This document shows, piece by piece, positions 18,827 to 27,413 of a stretch of 64,000 bases of DNA. Each line of letters begins with the position of its first letter. Position 1 is the first letter of the stretch. The stretch spans positions 96,001 through 160,000 of the IMG/VR virus record IMGVR_UViG_3300046170_000494. One strand, 5' to 3'. Source of the DNA: a virus. The notes below the pieces were generated by a model. That model saw only the letters and a list, made by a program, of their open reading frames with translations, searched no databases and was not told the origin of the DNA. The position numbers and the translations under genes are program-made.

Positions 18827-19585
18827 ATGAATAAAGATCAACTATTTCACGATTTACCAGAAATACCCAAGAAAATTCACGTAACATGGAGAAACAAGAA
18901 TATACTTGATTTAAATTTTTCGATTATCAGGCATGGAATCAGAAATTTAAGAGACTTAAACCTAGATTACAAGTTCGAGATCAGTGATAACACTGATGTT
19001 AATGATTATATAAAAAAAAATATTAGCGCTAAAGATTTTGATCTAATAAAACATAAGAAAATGGTCGAAAAATCAGATCTTTGGCGTTTACTAAAAATAT
19101 ATAACGAAGGAGGAGTTTATACAGACATAGATAGATTCTGTAATCAATCATTATGTAAAATTATTAAACCAGAAGTAAAATGCGTCTTACCTATGTATCA
19201 AAATATAGACTTCTCTCAAGATATCATGATAAGTTCGCCAGGAAACCCAATACATAAAAGAGCTATTGATCTCAATTTAGAAAGAAGGAGGCATGGTTGT
19301 GTAGATATTTTATCTCTAGCACCAATAACATACTTCCATGCAGCAACCGAAGTTTTATTAGGAGAGCAATTAGCTAGATGGCCGAGCAAAGAAAATATAA
19401 ATAAGTTAAACTCAATCATCAATAGATCTAAATATCTACAGTCCTGCACAGAAAACCCTCCGTTTAATACGTTCACCTATCAAGGTCCCCCCATATTCAA
19501 TGATAAAATGTCTTTCTATCACTCGCAAGAGGTTAATCACTGGACATTTAATTATAACGATAATACAGAAATTAAATACGAATGA
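18827..19585 (+). CDS. GT32-family (DXD) glycosyltransferase
   Basis: IPKKIHVTW, SDLWRLLKIYNEGGVYTDID. Confidence 0.85.
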   Translation: MNKDQLFHDLPEIPKKIHVTWRNKNILDLNFSIIRHGIRNLRDLNLDYKFEISDNTDVNDYIKKNISAKDFDLIKHKKMVEKSDLWRLLKIYNEGGVYTDIDRFCNQSLCKIIKPEVKCVLPMYQNIDFSQDIMISSPGNPIHKRAIDLNLERRRHGCVDILSLAPITYFHAATEVLLGEQLARWPSKENINKLNSIINRSKYLQSCTENPPFNTFTYQGPPIFNDKMSFYHSQEVNHWTFNYNDNTEIKYE

Positions 19586-20958
19586 TTAAATTAATTATAT
19601 TTGATTTAGACGGAGTATTAGTTGAGTCGCGCGAATTACATTACATTGCTCTTAACAAAGCTCTCGCTGAAATAGGTGATCAATATACAATTAGCAAAGA
19701 AGAGCATCTTTGTAAGTATGACGCATTAACAACAACTCAAAAATTAAAAAAGTTAACCGCCGAAAAAAATCTTCCAGAAAAATACCACAACAGGGTATGG
19801 GAGCTAAAACAACAAAAAACTCTACAAGAAATAGATCAATATAAACCCGACTACAGAATAATAGATATTCTTAAAAAATTAAAATCACAAAACTACAAAA
19901 TTGCATGCGCAACAAATTCAATAAGAGAGACTTCAAAATTAATGTTAATAAGAAAAGGTTTTTTTGATTACATAGATTTTCTATATTCTAATGAAGATGT
20001 AAATAACCCAAAACCTAATGCCGAGATTTACATGAGATGCATGTTGAAGTGCGGAGTTAATCCAGATGAAACAGTAATAATTGAAGATTCTCATATAGGC
20101 AGGAAAGGCGCAATAAGGAGCGGAGGTTATTTGTGCGCTGTTAAAAACTCTAAAGACTTGACATTTACCAAACTAAATCATACTATAGTTAGCGCAGAAC
20201 AGCGATCTAAAATTTCACCAAAATGGCAAGGAGATAAAATGAACGTACTAATACCAATGGCGGGAGCTGGCTCAAGATTTGAGCAGGCCGGATACACTTT
20301 TCCCAAACCTCTTATTGATGTTAATGGAAAACCTATGATTCAAAGAGTTGTTGAAAACTTAAATATAGATGCAAGGCATATATTCATTGTACAAAAATCT
20401 CATTACGAAAAATATTCATTACAACACACTTTAAATTTAATATCCCCAAATTGCGAAATAGTACAAGTGGAGGGTATGACAGAAGGCGCTGCATGCACAA
20501 CTCTACTAGCTAAAGAATTTATAGATAATGACGAACCACTTATTCTTGCAAATTCAGATCAATATGTAAAATGGGATAGCAATCAATTTATGTACTCATC
20601 TATGGCTGATGATATAGATGGATCTATACTAACATTTCATTCCACTCACCCAAAATGGAGTTATGCAAAATTAAATGAAGATGGATTTGTCACAGAGGTT
20701 GCAGAAAAGAAACCTATTAGCGAACACGCAACAGTAGGAATTTATTTTTTTAAAAAGGGTTCAGATTACATTAGATGCGCAGAAAGCATGATTAAGAAAA
20801 ATATTAGAGTCAATAATGAATTTTATGTATGCCCCGTTTACAACGAAGCCTTACTTGAAGGTGCTAGAGTAAAAACATTTCATATTGATAAAATGTGGGG
20901 ATTAGGCACTCCAGAAGATTTAGATACATTTTTAAAACATGATATTAGTATCTCATAG
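19582..20958 (+). CDS. HAD phosphatase fused to BcbE-like sugar-phosphate nucleotidyltransferase
   Basis: IIFDLDGVL...KP.AEIY...IIEDS (HAD motifs); NVLIPMAGAGSRFEQAGYTFPKPLIDVNGKPMI...WGLGTPEDL (nucleotidyltransferase). Confidence 0.88.
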   Translation: MIKLIIFDLDGVLVESRELHYIALNKALAEIGDQYTISKEEHLCKYDALTTTQKLKKLTAEKNLPEKYHNRVWELKQQKTLQEIDQYKPDYRIIDILKKLKSQNYKIACATNSIRETSKLMLIRKGFFDYIDFLYSNEDVNNPKPNAEIYMRCMLKCGVNPDETVIIEDSHIGRKGAIRSGGYLCAVKNSKDLTFTKLNHTIVSAEQRSKISPKWQGDKMNVLIPMAGAGSRFEQAGYTFPKPLIDVNGKPMIQRVVENLNIDARHIFIVQKSHYEKYSLQHTLNLISPNCEIVQVEGMTEGAACTTLLAKEFIDNDEPLILANSDQYVKWDSNQFMYSSMADDIDGSILTFHSTHPKWSYAKLNEDGFVTEVAEKKPISEHATVGIYFFKKGSDYIRCAESMIKKNIRVNNEFYVCPVYNEALLEGARVKTFHIDKMWGLGTPEDLDTFLKHDISIS

Positions 20959-21361
20959 AGGAAATATTTCTGGGCCAATCCCAGAAAGAGAGAATCATCC
21001 GGACTATATAAAAGAAGCTCTTTCTAAAGGTTACGATGTAGAGGTAGATATATGGGGAGATAAAGAATTATGGCTTGGTCATGACAAGCCTCAATATAAA
21101 TGCTCTGTTAGTTTCCTTATTAATAATTATCAAAAATTATGGATTCATTGTAAAAACTTAATGGCTATAGATATATTATCTGAGTTTAAAGTTTTGAATT
21201 ATTTTTGGCATCAAAACGACGACCACACACTAACTTCTAAAAATTTCATATGGACTTACCCCGGAAAACATGTCTGTAATAAAAGTATTTTAGTAGTAGA
21301 TGACGCTAGAGAATATGCAGGTCCGATTTGTTTTGGTTTGTGTTCTGATTATTTAAAGTGA
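20939..21361 (+). CDS. GDPD/PI-PLC-like phosphodiesterase-fold protein
   Basis: SHRGN...ENHPDYIKEAL..GYDVEVDIW...LWLGHD...WIHCKN. Confidence 0.75.
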   Translation: MILVSHRGNISGPIPERENHPDYIKEALSKGYDVEVDIWGDKELWLGHDKPQYKCSVSFLINNYQKLWIHCKNLMAIDILSEFKVLNYFWHQNDDHTLTSKNFIWTYPGKHVCNKSILVVDDAREYAGPICFGLCSDYLK

Positions 21362-22239
21362 AATTATCTGATGACCATTTTTTAAATTACTTAAGCCATA
21401 ACGAACATTTATCGTTAGAGCAAAGAATACGTTATAAATTTTTAAAAAACTACCTTCGGTCAATGGAGGAGTTTACAGACACCTTTTCTATTATAATACA
21501 AGGGCCTTTAAATGAACGATCAATTAATACTATTCCAGAATATTTAAACTATGGCGAAGTCATAGTTAGCTGCTGGGAAACGGATGATTTTTCCAAACTT
21601 GAAAAATACAAAGATAAAATAAAACTAGTAATAAATAAATATTCCAATATAAATATAAAAAAAAGAAAAACAGGTAGTCAGGCTCCTTGGATTTATCAAA
21701 ATTATACTACATTAAATGGAATAAAAGCTGCGTCTAAATACTTTTGTATTAAAGTTCGCTCGGACGAAAGCTATCCAGTCTTAGATCCATTTTTAAATAA
21801 GCTAAGAGATAATAGAGATACTAAAAATAGCGAAACAGGCTTATATAATCACTACAAAATAGTTACATCTAATATTTATTTTAGATATGATTGGCAAAAT
21901 AAATTTCATCCATCAGACCATATTATAGGAGGAACAAAATCCAGGATGCTTGAATCTTTCAAACTTTCCACAGCGTATTGCCAACAAGAATTAACTAGAT
22001 TCCCTGAGCAACTTATTTGCAAAGCGATTATTAATAGTTATTGGGATCCTTATCTAAAAAAACAAGAATCAGCAACGGATAATGAATCTATAGAGTTAAT
22101 GAAAAAACACTTCGATATAGTTAGAATAAAAAATTTACCTAAACATATATGGACCTCTAGTTATAGGAAATATGATGAGTTATACAGCGAAGAAGATTGG
22201 TGTCATGATATAAATTCTATAGACATAAATACTAGGTGA
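21358..22239 (+). CDS. WavE-like lipopolysaccharide synthesis protein
   Basis: SIIIQGP, VIVSCWE, QNYTTLNGIKAA, IKVRSDE, FHPSDHIIGG; GTG start. Confidence 0.7.
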   Translation: MKLSDDHFLNYLSHNEHLSLEQRIRYKFLKNYLRSMEEFTDTFSIIIQGPLNERSINTIPEYLNYGEVIVSCWETDDFSKLEKYKDKIKLVINKYSNINIKKRKTGSQAPWIYQNYTTLNGIKAASKYFCIKVRSDESYPVLDPFLNKLRDNRDTKNSETGLYNHYKIVTSNIYFRYDWQNKFHPSDHIIGGTKSRMLESFKLSTAYCQQELTRFPEQLICKAIINSYWDPYLKKQESATDNESIELMKKHFDIVRIKNLPKHIWTSSYRKYDELYSEEDWCHDINSIDINTR

Positions 22240-22248
22240 AATAAATAC

Positions 22249-22284
22249 TAGACAAAAATAAATCATGATATATAATCTTTTATC
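22249..22284 (+). promoter_or_regulatory. sigma70-type promoter TAGACA-16bp-TATAAT, near-leaderless
   Basis: -35 at 22249-22254, -10 at 22271-22276, ATG at 22285. Confidence 0.7.
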
Positions 22285-22854
22285 ATGAGCATTTCACTTT
22301 ATAAACCAAACAGTAAAAACACAGGATGCGCCTTTAATTTCAAAATTGGCGTAAACAAAGTAAAAGAGCCGGTAATTTACGCTAGCGCAATTCAACAATA
22401 TAGCTGGGACGATAGAAAAAAAACCGGCAACTTCTCTGGAAACGGTAGTGATCCAGATAAAAGAATTAACCTTAAATTTACAGAATTTGAAATCGGCGGA
22501 ATAATTAGTTCTTTTAAGAATAGAAATGAGTTTTCTACATTTCACGCGTTTGAAGAAAACAAAACATCAATTAAATGTACTCCCTGGGATAAAAAAACTA
22601 AAGTCAAACAAGGAGATAAAGAGGAGTGGATAGTAATCCCGGCATTTGGAATTAATGTTACCAGAAACGGGAATCAGACTTTCAGGATACCATTAGAGCC
22701 TGGAGAAGTGGAAAACCTTCTTGAATTTTTCTCTTTTTACCTTTCTGAACTATATAAACACAGAAGAAGAGAAGAGATTAAAAGACTAAAAGAATCCAAG
22801 GGCGGAGGTAATCAAAATCAATCATCAGAAGATAGCGAACAAGCGCCTTTTTAA
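22285..22854 (+). CDS. putative Whirly/PC4-fold ssDNA-binding protein with SSB-like acidic tail
   Basis: collinear motifs SLYK, QQYSW, FEIGGII, TFH, IPLEPGEV...FSFYL resemble plant Whirly; C-terminus SEDSEQAPF. Confidence 0.6.
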   Translation: MSISLYKPNSKNTGCAFNFKIGVNKVKEPVIYASAIQQYSWDDRKKTGNFSGNGSDPDKRINLKFTEFEIGGIISSFKNRNEFSTFHAFEENKTSIKCTPWDKKTKVKQGDKEEWIVIPAFGINVTRNGNQTFRIPLEPGEVENLLEFFSFYLSELYKHRRREEIKRLKESKGGGNQNQSSEDSEQAPF

Positions 22855-24761
22855 TGAAGAGGAAAAAGGTATTAATTCACAGTAATCACTGTAAAGCTTA
22901 TACAGGCTTTGGAAAAAATACTAAAAATATATTACTACATTTACATAAAACAGGTAAGTATGATTTAGTTGAATTCTCTAATGGAATGAGATGGGGAGAT
23001 CCTTCTTTAAAACTATTACCATGGAAAACCGAAGGTTCTCTACCGAGTGACACAGTCACTTTACAGAAAATGAATCAAGATCAAGCTCTAGCTAGAAATG
23101 CTGGTTATGGAGGTCAAACTATTGATAAAATCATAGAAAGGGAAAAGCCTGATGCTTACATAGGTATTGAAGACATATGGGCTTTCTCTGGATATACCGA
23201 TAAAAAATGGTGGAATAATATAAACTGTATGATATGGACTACTTTAGACAGTTTACCCATATTACCCGAAGCGGTCAAGAATGCTAACAAAATAAAAAAC
23301 TATTACACCTGGTCATCTTTTGCATCTAAAGAATTAAATAGATTAGGACACAAACACGTAGACACATTACATGGAGCTATAGACACCACTAATTTTTTCA
23401 AATTTAAAAGCGATGAAAAAATTAAATTAAGATCAAGACTTAAAATAGATAAAGATGATTTCATTATTGGATTTGTTTTCAGAAATCAGTTAAGGAAAAG
23501 CGTTCCAAACTTATTAGAGGGTTACAAAATATTTTGCGAAAAAAATCCAGAATGTTCGGCTAAATTATTATTACATACTCATTGGAAGGAAGGTTGGGAT
23601 ATACCTAGATTGATAAACGAAAAGGGTATAAACCCTAAAAACGTTTTAACAACATATGTTTGTGCGCATTGTAAAAATTTTGAAATCAAACCTTACGAAG
23701 AAGAAAAGAAAGATTGCGGTTTATGTGGTGCAGAGAAAACCCAAGTAACCCCAAACACTAGGCTAGGAGTTACTGAAGAACAGCTCAATGAGATTTACAA
23801 CCTGATGAATGTTTATTGCCATCCTTTTACCAGCGGAGGTCAAGAAATACCCATACAGGAGGCGAAACTTGTAGAACTTGTAACTTTAGTAACTAATTAT
23901 AGTTGCGGTGAAGATTGCTGCACAGAGGATAGTGCTGGACTACCTCTCAGTTGGTCAGAATATAGAGAGCCAGGCACTCAGTTTATCAAGGCTAGTACAA
24001 ATCCAGAAAGTATCGCAAGTCAGTTAAAAAAAGTTTACAGCATGAAAGACTCTAAACTCAAACTCCTAGGTAAACAAGCTCGCGACTTTGTGATAAAAAA
24101 CTATGGTATAGAGGCTATAGGTAAAAAATTAGAATCTATCATAGATAACATGCCTGAAGTAAATTGGGATTATGATTTTAAACCTATTGAAAAAAACCCA
24201 AACTATATTCCACCTGAAATAAAAAACGACGACGATTTTATAAAAGATATATATAAAAATATATTACAATTAGACGTAAACGAATCAGATGAAGGATTTA
24301 AACACTGGAAGAATAGACTATCCACCGATATGGATAGACATGGAGTATTGAAACATTTTCAACAAGTAGCTAAAAAAGAAAATAAAAAGCAGGAAAAAAT
24401 AGATTTTACTGATATTTTAGATAAAGAAGACGAAGGGAATAGAATTTTATTTTCAATGCCTCAAAGTATAGGTGATATCTACATGTCTACATCTTTATTA
24501 AAAAATATAAAAGAACTATACCCAAACTATAATATTTATTATGCAACAAAGCCTGAATACTTTGAAATATTAGAGGGAAACCCTTATATTCATAAAGTAA
24601 TTCCTTACAGTAAATCTTTAGATAGCTTACCAGCTATGGAAGGACAAGGCAACCATAAAGGTTTTTTTGAGATAGCTTTTCTTCCTTTTATCGGAACTCA
24701 AAAAATGTTAAATTACATTCACAATGGAAAAGATAAAATACAATTCGAATTATGCACTTAA
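22854..24761 (+). CDS. multidomain glycosyltransferase: GT4 with Zn-ribbon insert, DUF4214-like helical domain, GT9 N-terminal domain
   Basis: FRNQLRKSVPNLLEG and LNEIYN...PFTSGGQEIPIQEA (GT4); CAHC...CGLC; FIKDIYKNIL...EGFKHW; PQSIGDIYMST..LKNIKELYP...EILEGNPYI (GT9 N). Confidence 0.8.
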   Translation: MKRKKVLIHSNHCKAYTGFGKNTKNILLHLHKTGKYDLVEFSNGMRWGDPSLKLLPWKTEGSLPSDTVTLQKMNQDQALARNAGYGGQTIDKIIEREKPDAYIGIEDIWAFSGYTDKKWWNNINCMIWTTLDSLPILPEAVKNANKIKNYYTWSSFASKELNRLGHKHVDTLHGAIDTTNFFKFKSDEKIKLRSRLKIDKDDFIIGFVFRNQLRKSVPNLLEGYKIFCEKNPECSAKLLLHTHWKEGWDIPRLINEKGINPKNVLTTYVCAHCKNFEIKPYEEEKKDCGLCGAEKTQVTPNTRLGVTEEQLNEIYNLMNVYCHPFTSGGQEIPIQEAKLVELVTLVTNYSCGEDCCTEDSAGLPLSWSEYREPGTQFIKASTNPESIASQLKKVYSMKDSKLKLLGKQARDFVIKNYGIEAIGKKLESIIDNMPEVNWDYDFKPIEKNPNYIPPEIKNDDDFIKDIYKNILQLDVNESDEGFKHWKNRLSTDMDRHGVLKHFQQVAKKENKKQEKIDFTDILDKEDEGNRILFSMPQSIGDIYMSTSLLKNIKELYPNYNIYYATKPEYFEILEGNPYIHKVIPYSKSLDSLPAMEGQGNHKGFFEIAFLPFIGTQKMLNYIHNGKDKIQFELCT

Positions 24762-25906
24762 TAGAACAATATGCACTTTCATGTGGGGTTAAAATAGATA
24801 AACCCTTTATCGAGACTTCTTTTTTTCCTTCTCCATTTAATAAATATATTACAATTCATGCTAGTAGCGGAATGGATTCGAAAAATTACGACTACTATAA
24901 TGATGTGATAGAAATGATATTGCCCTTTTTAAAAAAAGAAGATATACATTTGGTGCAGATAGGCGGAAAAGACGACATAAAATTGAATCACTGCGAGCAT
25001 TTAAATGGAGCGACAACAATAAGACAAACAGCTTACATAATAGAAAAAAGCTTATTACATTTTGGCAACGATTCATTTTCTACTCACGTAGCGTCTGGTT
25101 TTAATAAAAAAATAGTTTCGCTATACAGCATATTATATAAAGAATGTTGTGGGCCTTATTGGGGAGATAAGAAAAATCATATACTACTAGAGTCTCACAG
25201 AAAAGGTTTAAAACCTTCTTTTTCTAATAAAGAATTACCTAAAATGGTAAACTTAATAAAACCAGAAGATATTGCCAGAGGAGTATTGGATTTATTAGAT
25301 ATACCTCATAATTTAAATAATATAGAAACAATTCATATAGGCTCAGAATACCATCTCCCATCTTTATCTGTTATCCCAAACCACGTCATGCCGGCAACAT
25401 TCGCACAAGGTCAACCAATAAACATTTGGGGGCACGAATTTTTTGACGAATCAAATATAGTAGAATGGGCATATAATAGAAAATGTAATATTTTTCTTAA
25501 TCAACCAATGTCGGTAAAATATTTAGATGTTATCAGACATAATATAAATCAAATTAATTATTTCGTAAATAAAGACACGGACCCAAAATACTTTAAAACA
25601 CTAGAGCGAGGTGGAGTTAAATTTAAACTATTATGCGAAAATGAAAACGATTTAAATGAACTAAGATTACATTTTTTCGATTGGGAAATACATGCCCACA
25701 AAAAAACAACAAAAAAAGATCTTGACAATATAGATAAAGTCTGCGATAATACTCGTTATAAAAGTCAAATTAAAGTAATATCAAACGCAAAAATATATAA
25801 TAGTAAAGCTGCATGGAAAGAAAATGAACAAAACAGCGACACAATTATCGACACACCAGAATTCTGGGAACAAATTAAATCATTTAAACTTTACAACGAA
25901 AAATAA
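24752..25906 (+). CDS. GT9 C-terminal domain plus unknown C-terminal domain
   Basis: HLIEQYAL...YITIHASSG..SKNYDYY...VQIGG...QTAYIIEKSLLHFGNDSFSTHVASGFNKKIVSLY...GPY. Confidence 0.75.
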   Translation: MHLIEQYALSCGVKIDKPFIETSFFPSPFNKYITIHASSGMDSKNYDYYNDVIEMILPFLKKEDIHLVQIGGKDDIKLNHCEHLNGATTIRQTAYIIEKSLLHFGNDSFSTHVASGFNKKIVSLYSILYKECCGPYWGDKKNHILLESHRKGLKPSFSNKELPKMVNLIKPEDIARGVLDLLDIPHNLNNIETIHIGSEYHLPSLSVIPNHVMPATFAQGQPINIWGHEFFDESNIVEWAYNRKCNIFLNQPMSVKYLDVIRHNINQINYFVNKDTDPKYFKTLERGGVKFKLLCENENDLNELRLHFFDWEIHAHKKTTKKDLDNIDKVCDNTRYKSQIKVISNAKIYNSKAAWKENEQNSDTIIDTPEFWEQIKSFKLYNEK

Positions 25907-25907
25907 T

Positions 25908-26729
25908 ATGTCAACAAAAACAACCGCAGATAATTCAGTTACATACGAATCTCAAGCAACCATAAAATCTTCCAAAAAATCTATCCCCGAAAAATATAAA
26001 AATGGCCCAGGTCGTTTTTGTAGAAATGAATTCGGACTACTAAATGAAGTAGATTATGAATTTGATGAAGATGGTTCGGTAAACTGGAGGTCCATGATTA
26101 AAGATGAACATTTATTTCCTAATAAGTCATGGTTTGATTTACGTAAAAAAGATGTACCGCGAACAATTGATGGGCTAAAAGATCATCAGCTACTCATTAA
26201 GCTTTCAGGAATTAAAGAGCTCGCTAAGCTAAGAGGCTTCTCAGATGTATCTTATGAAGTCGTGAAATGTCAAGCAGACCACGTTGCAGTTATTTGTAGG
26301 GTTACATTTTTACCTAATTATGAAACTGGAGGCAAAGCAGTCACTTTTCAAGACATGGCAAATGCAACGTTAAATAATACAAGTAGTTTTGCAACTAAAT
26401 TTTTAGAGACCATTGCATGTAATCGTGCGTTTGTTCGTTGTGTTAGAAATTTTCTCAATGTCCATATTGTAGGCGATGATGAGATAGATAAATCATCCAA
26501 CAATAATAATGCTCAAGTTAATATATCAGCCACATTAACTCCTTATTCAATGATCGAAAACTTAGCTAAGGATAAATTAAATTGCGGAAATTTCGAAGAG
26601 TTTAAAGTAGTACTTCGTGATTGGTGGGCTTCAGGAAAATATAAAAATGATGAAGTCAAAAACTGGAATGATTATTCAGATATTCCTGCAACGCAAGCAA
26701 GAATACTAATGAAAGTCATGAATGAATAA
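25908..26729 (+). CDS. putative Rad52/Sak-like single-strand annealing protein
   Basis: LIKLSGIKELA..RGF, VAVICRVTF, A.A...N...LETIACNRAFVRCVRNFLNVHIVGDDE resembles the annealase ExAExxAxxRA motif. Start moved from 25824 to the ATG at 25908, one base after the upstream stop. Confidence 0.5.
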   Translation: MSTKTTADNSVTYESQATIKSSKKSIPEKYKNGPGRFCRNEFGLLNEVDYEFDEDGSVNWRSMIKDEHLFPNKSWFDLRKKDVPRTIDGLKDHQLLIKLSGIKELAKLRGFSDVSYEVVKCQADHVAVICRVTFLPNYETGGKAVTFQDMANATLNNTSSFATKFLETIACNRAFVRCVRNFLNVHIVGDDEIDKSSNNNNAQVNISATLTPYSMIENLAKDKLNCGNFEEFKVVLRDWWASGKYKNDEVKNWNDYSDIPATQARILMKVMNE

Positions 26730-26795
26730 AATTTAAAAATCAAACGCAGTTCACCGTATCATTAAGTTTATTCTTAATTCAGCCTATCATTGCGT

Positions 26796-27413
26796 TTAAT
26801 TTTCTAGTTTAGATATTCTTTCCTCTAAAGATTCTATTATTTTTTGTTGTTCTTTTATTGCTCCTACCAATAACGAAGTTACTCGATCGTATTTTACTGC
26901 TTTAAATCCATTTTCTCTAGTAGTTACTATTTCAGGAGCTACCTCTTCAACCTGTTGAGCGATAAGTCCTATATCGTGACCAGAATAAACTTCTTGATTA
27001 TCGTTCCAATTAAATTCTACAGCATCCAAAGATAATACTTTATTTAAAGGATTTTCTATTAATGTGATATCATCTTTTAGTCTTTCGTCGGAAGAAGTAA
27101 ATGCAACAACATCGCCATTTACATGTAAGCCATTAAAACAACCAACATAAAAAGCGTCAGTTAAATCGGCAGTAGTAAAACTTCCTATAATATGAGTATT
27201 AACTTTATCTTCAATTTTATTTCCATATCCTTGTATAATAGAACACCCTCTTGAATTTTTAATAATATTATTTTGTCCGGCTAATATTGCATTAATTCCG
27301 TCATACCCACCTCCAAACAAGCTAGAATCTGACGGAGGCAAAGGGTTATTACTTAAATTTTTCTCAGGACTTCTTAAATCAGGATTGTCAGTGGTTATAT
27401 CAGGAATACTCAT
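26796..27413 (-). CDS. short fibre segment with S74-type intramolecular chaperone domain
   Basis: SSDERLKDDI...GLIAQQVEEVAPEIV...VKYDRVTSLLVGAIKEQQKIIESLEERISKLE; N-part has GxxNxI beta-roll repeats. Confidence 0.9.
   Translation of the reverse strand: MSIPDITTDNPDLRSPEKNLSNNPLPPSDSSLFGGGYDGINAILAGQNNIIKNSRGCSIIQGYGNKIEDKVNTHIIGSFTTADLTDAFYVGCFNGLHVNGDVVAFTSSDERLKDDITLIENPLNKVLSLDAVEFNWNDNQEVYSGHDIGLIAQQVEEVAPEIVTTRENGFKAVKYDRVTSLLVGAIKEQQKIIESLEERISKLEN

Noticed and set aside
130-25906. Giant eukaryotic virus or bacterial capsule locus origin of the glyco-gene clusters
   Set aside because: Context is a complete siphovirus-type tail module with bacterial SSB, sigma factor and sigma70 promoters; no NCLDV core genes or cellular housekeeping, transport or export genes.
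12059-25906. Glycosyltransferases as DNA-hypermodification enzymes
   Set aside because: No hydroxymethylase, thymidylate-synthase-like or other base-modification genes in the window, and the families look LPS/capsule-type. Not excluded without the rest of the genome.
25824-25907. N-terminal extension of the annealase-like ORF given in the ORF track
   Set aside because: Overlaps the upstream gene by 83 nt; the ATG at 25908 directly after the stop fits the coupling pattern.
26730-26797. Possible structured RNA or terminator between convergent genes (AAACGCA...TGCGTTT enclosing ATTAAG...CTTAAT)
   Set aside because: The 12-nt arms between the two short stems do not pair; no tRNA or known ncRNA features; too weak to call.
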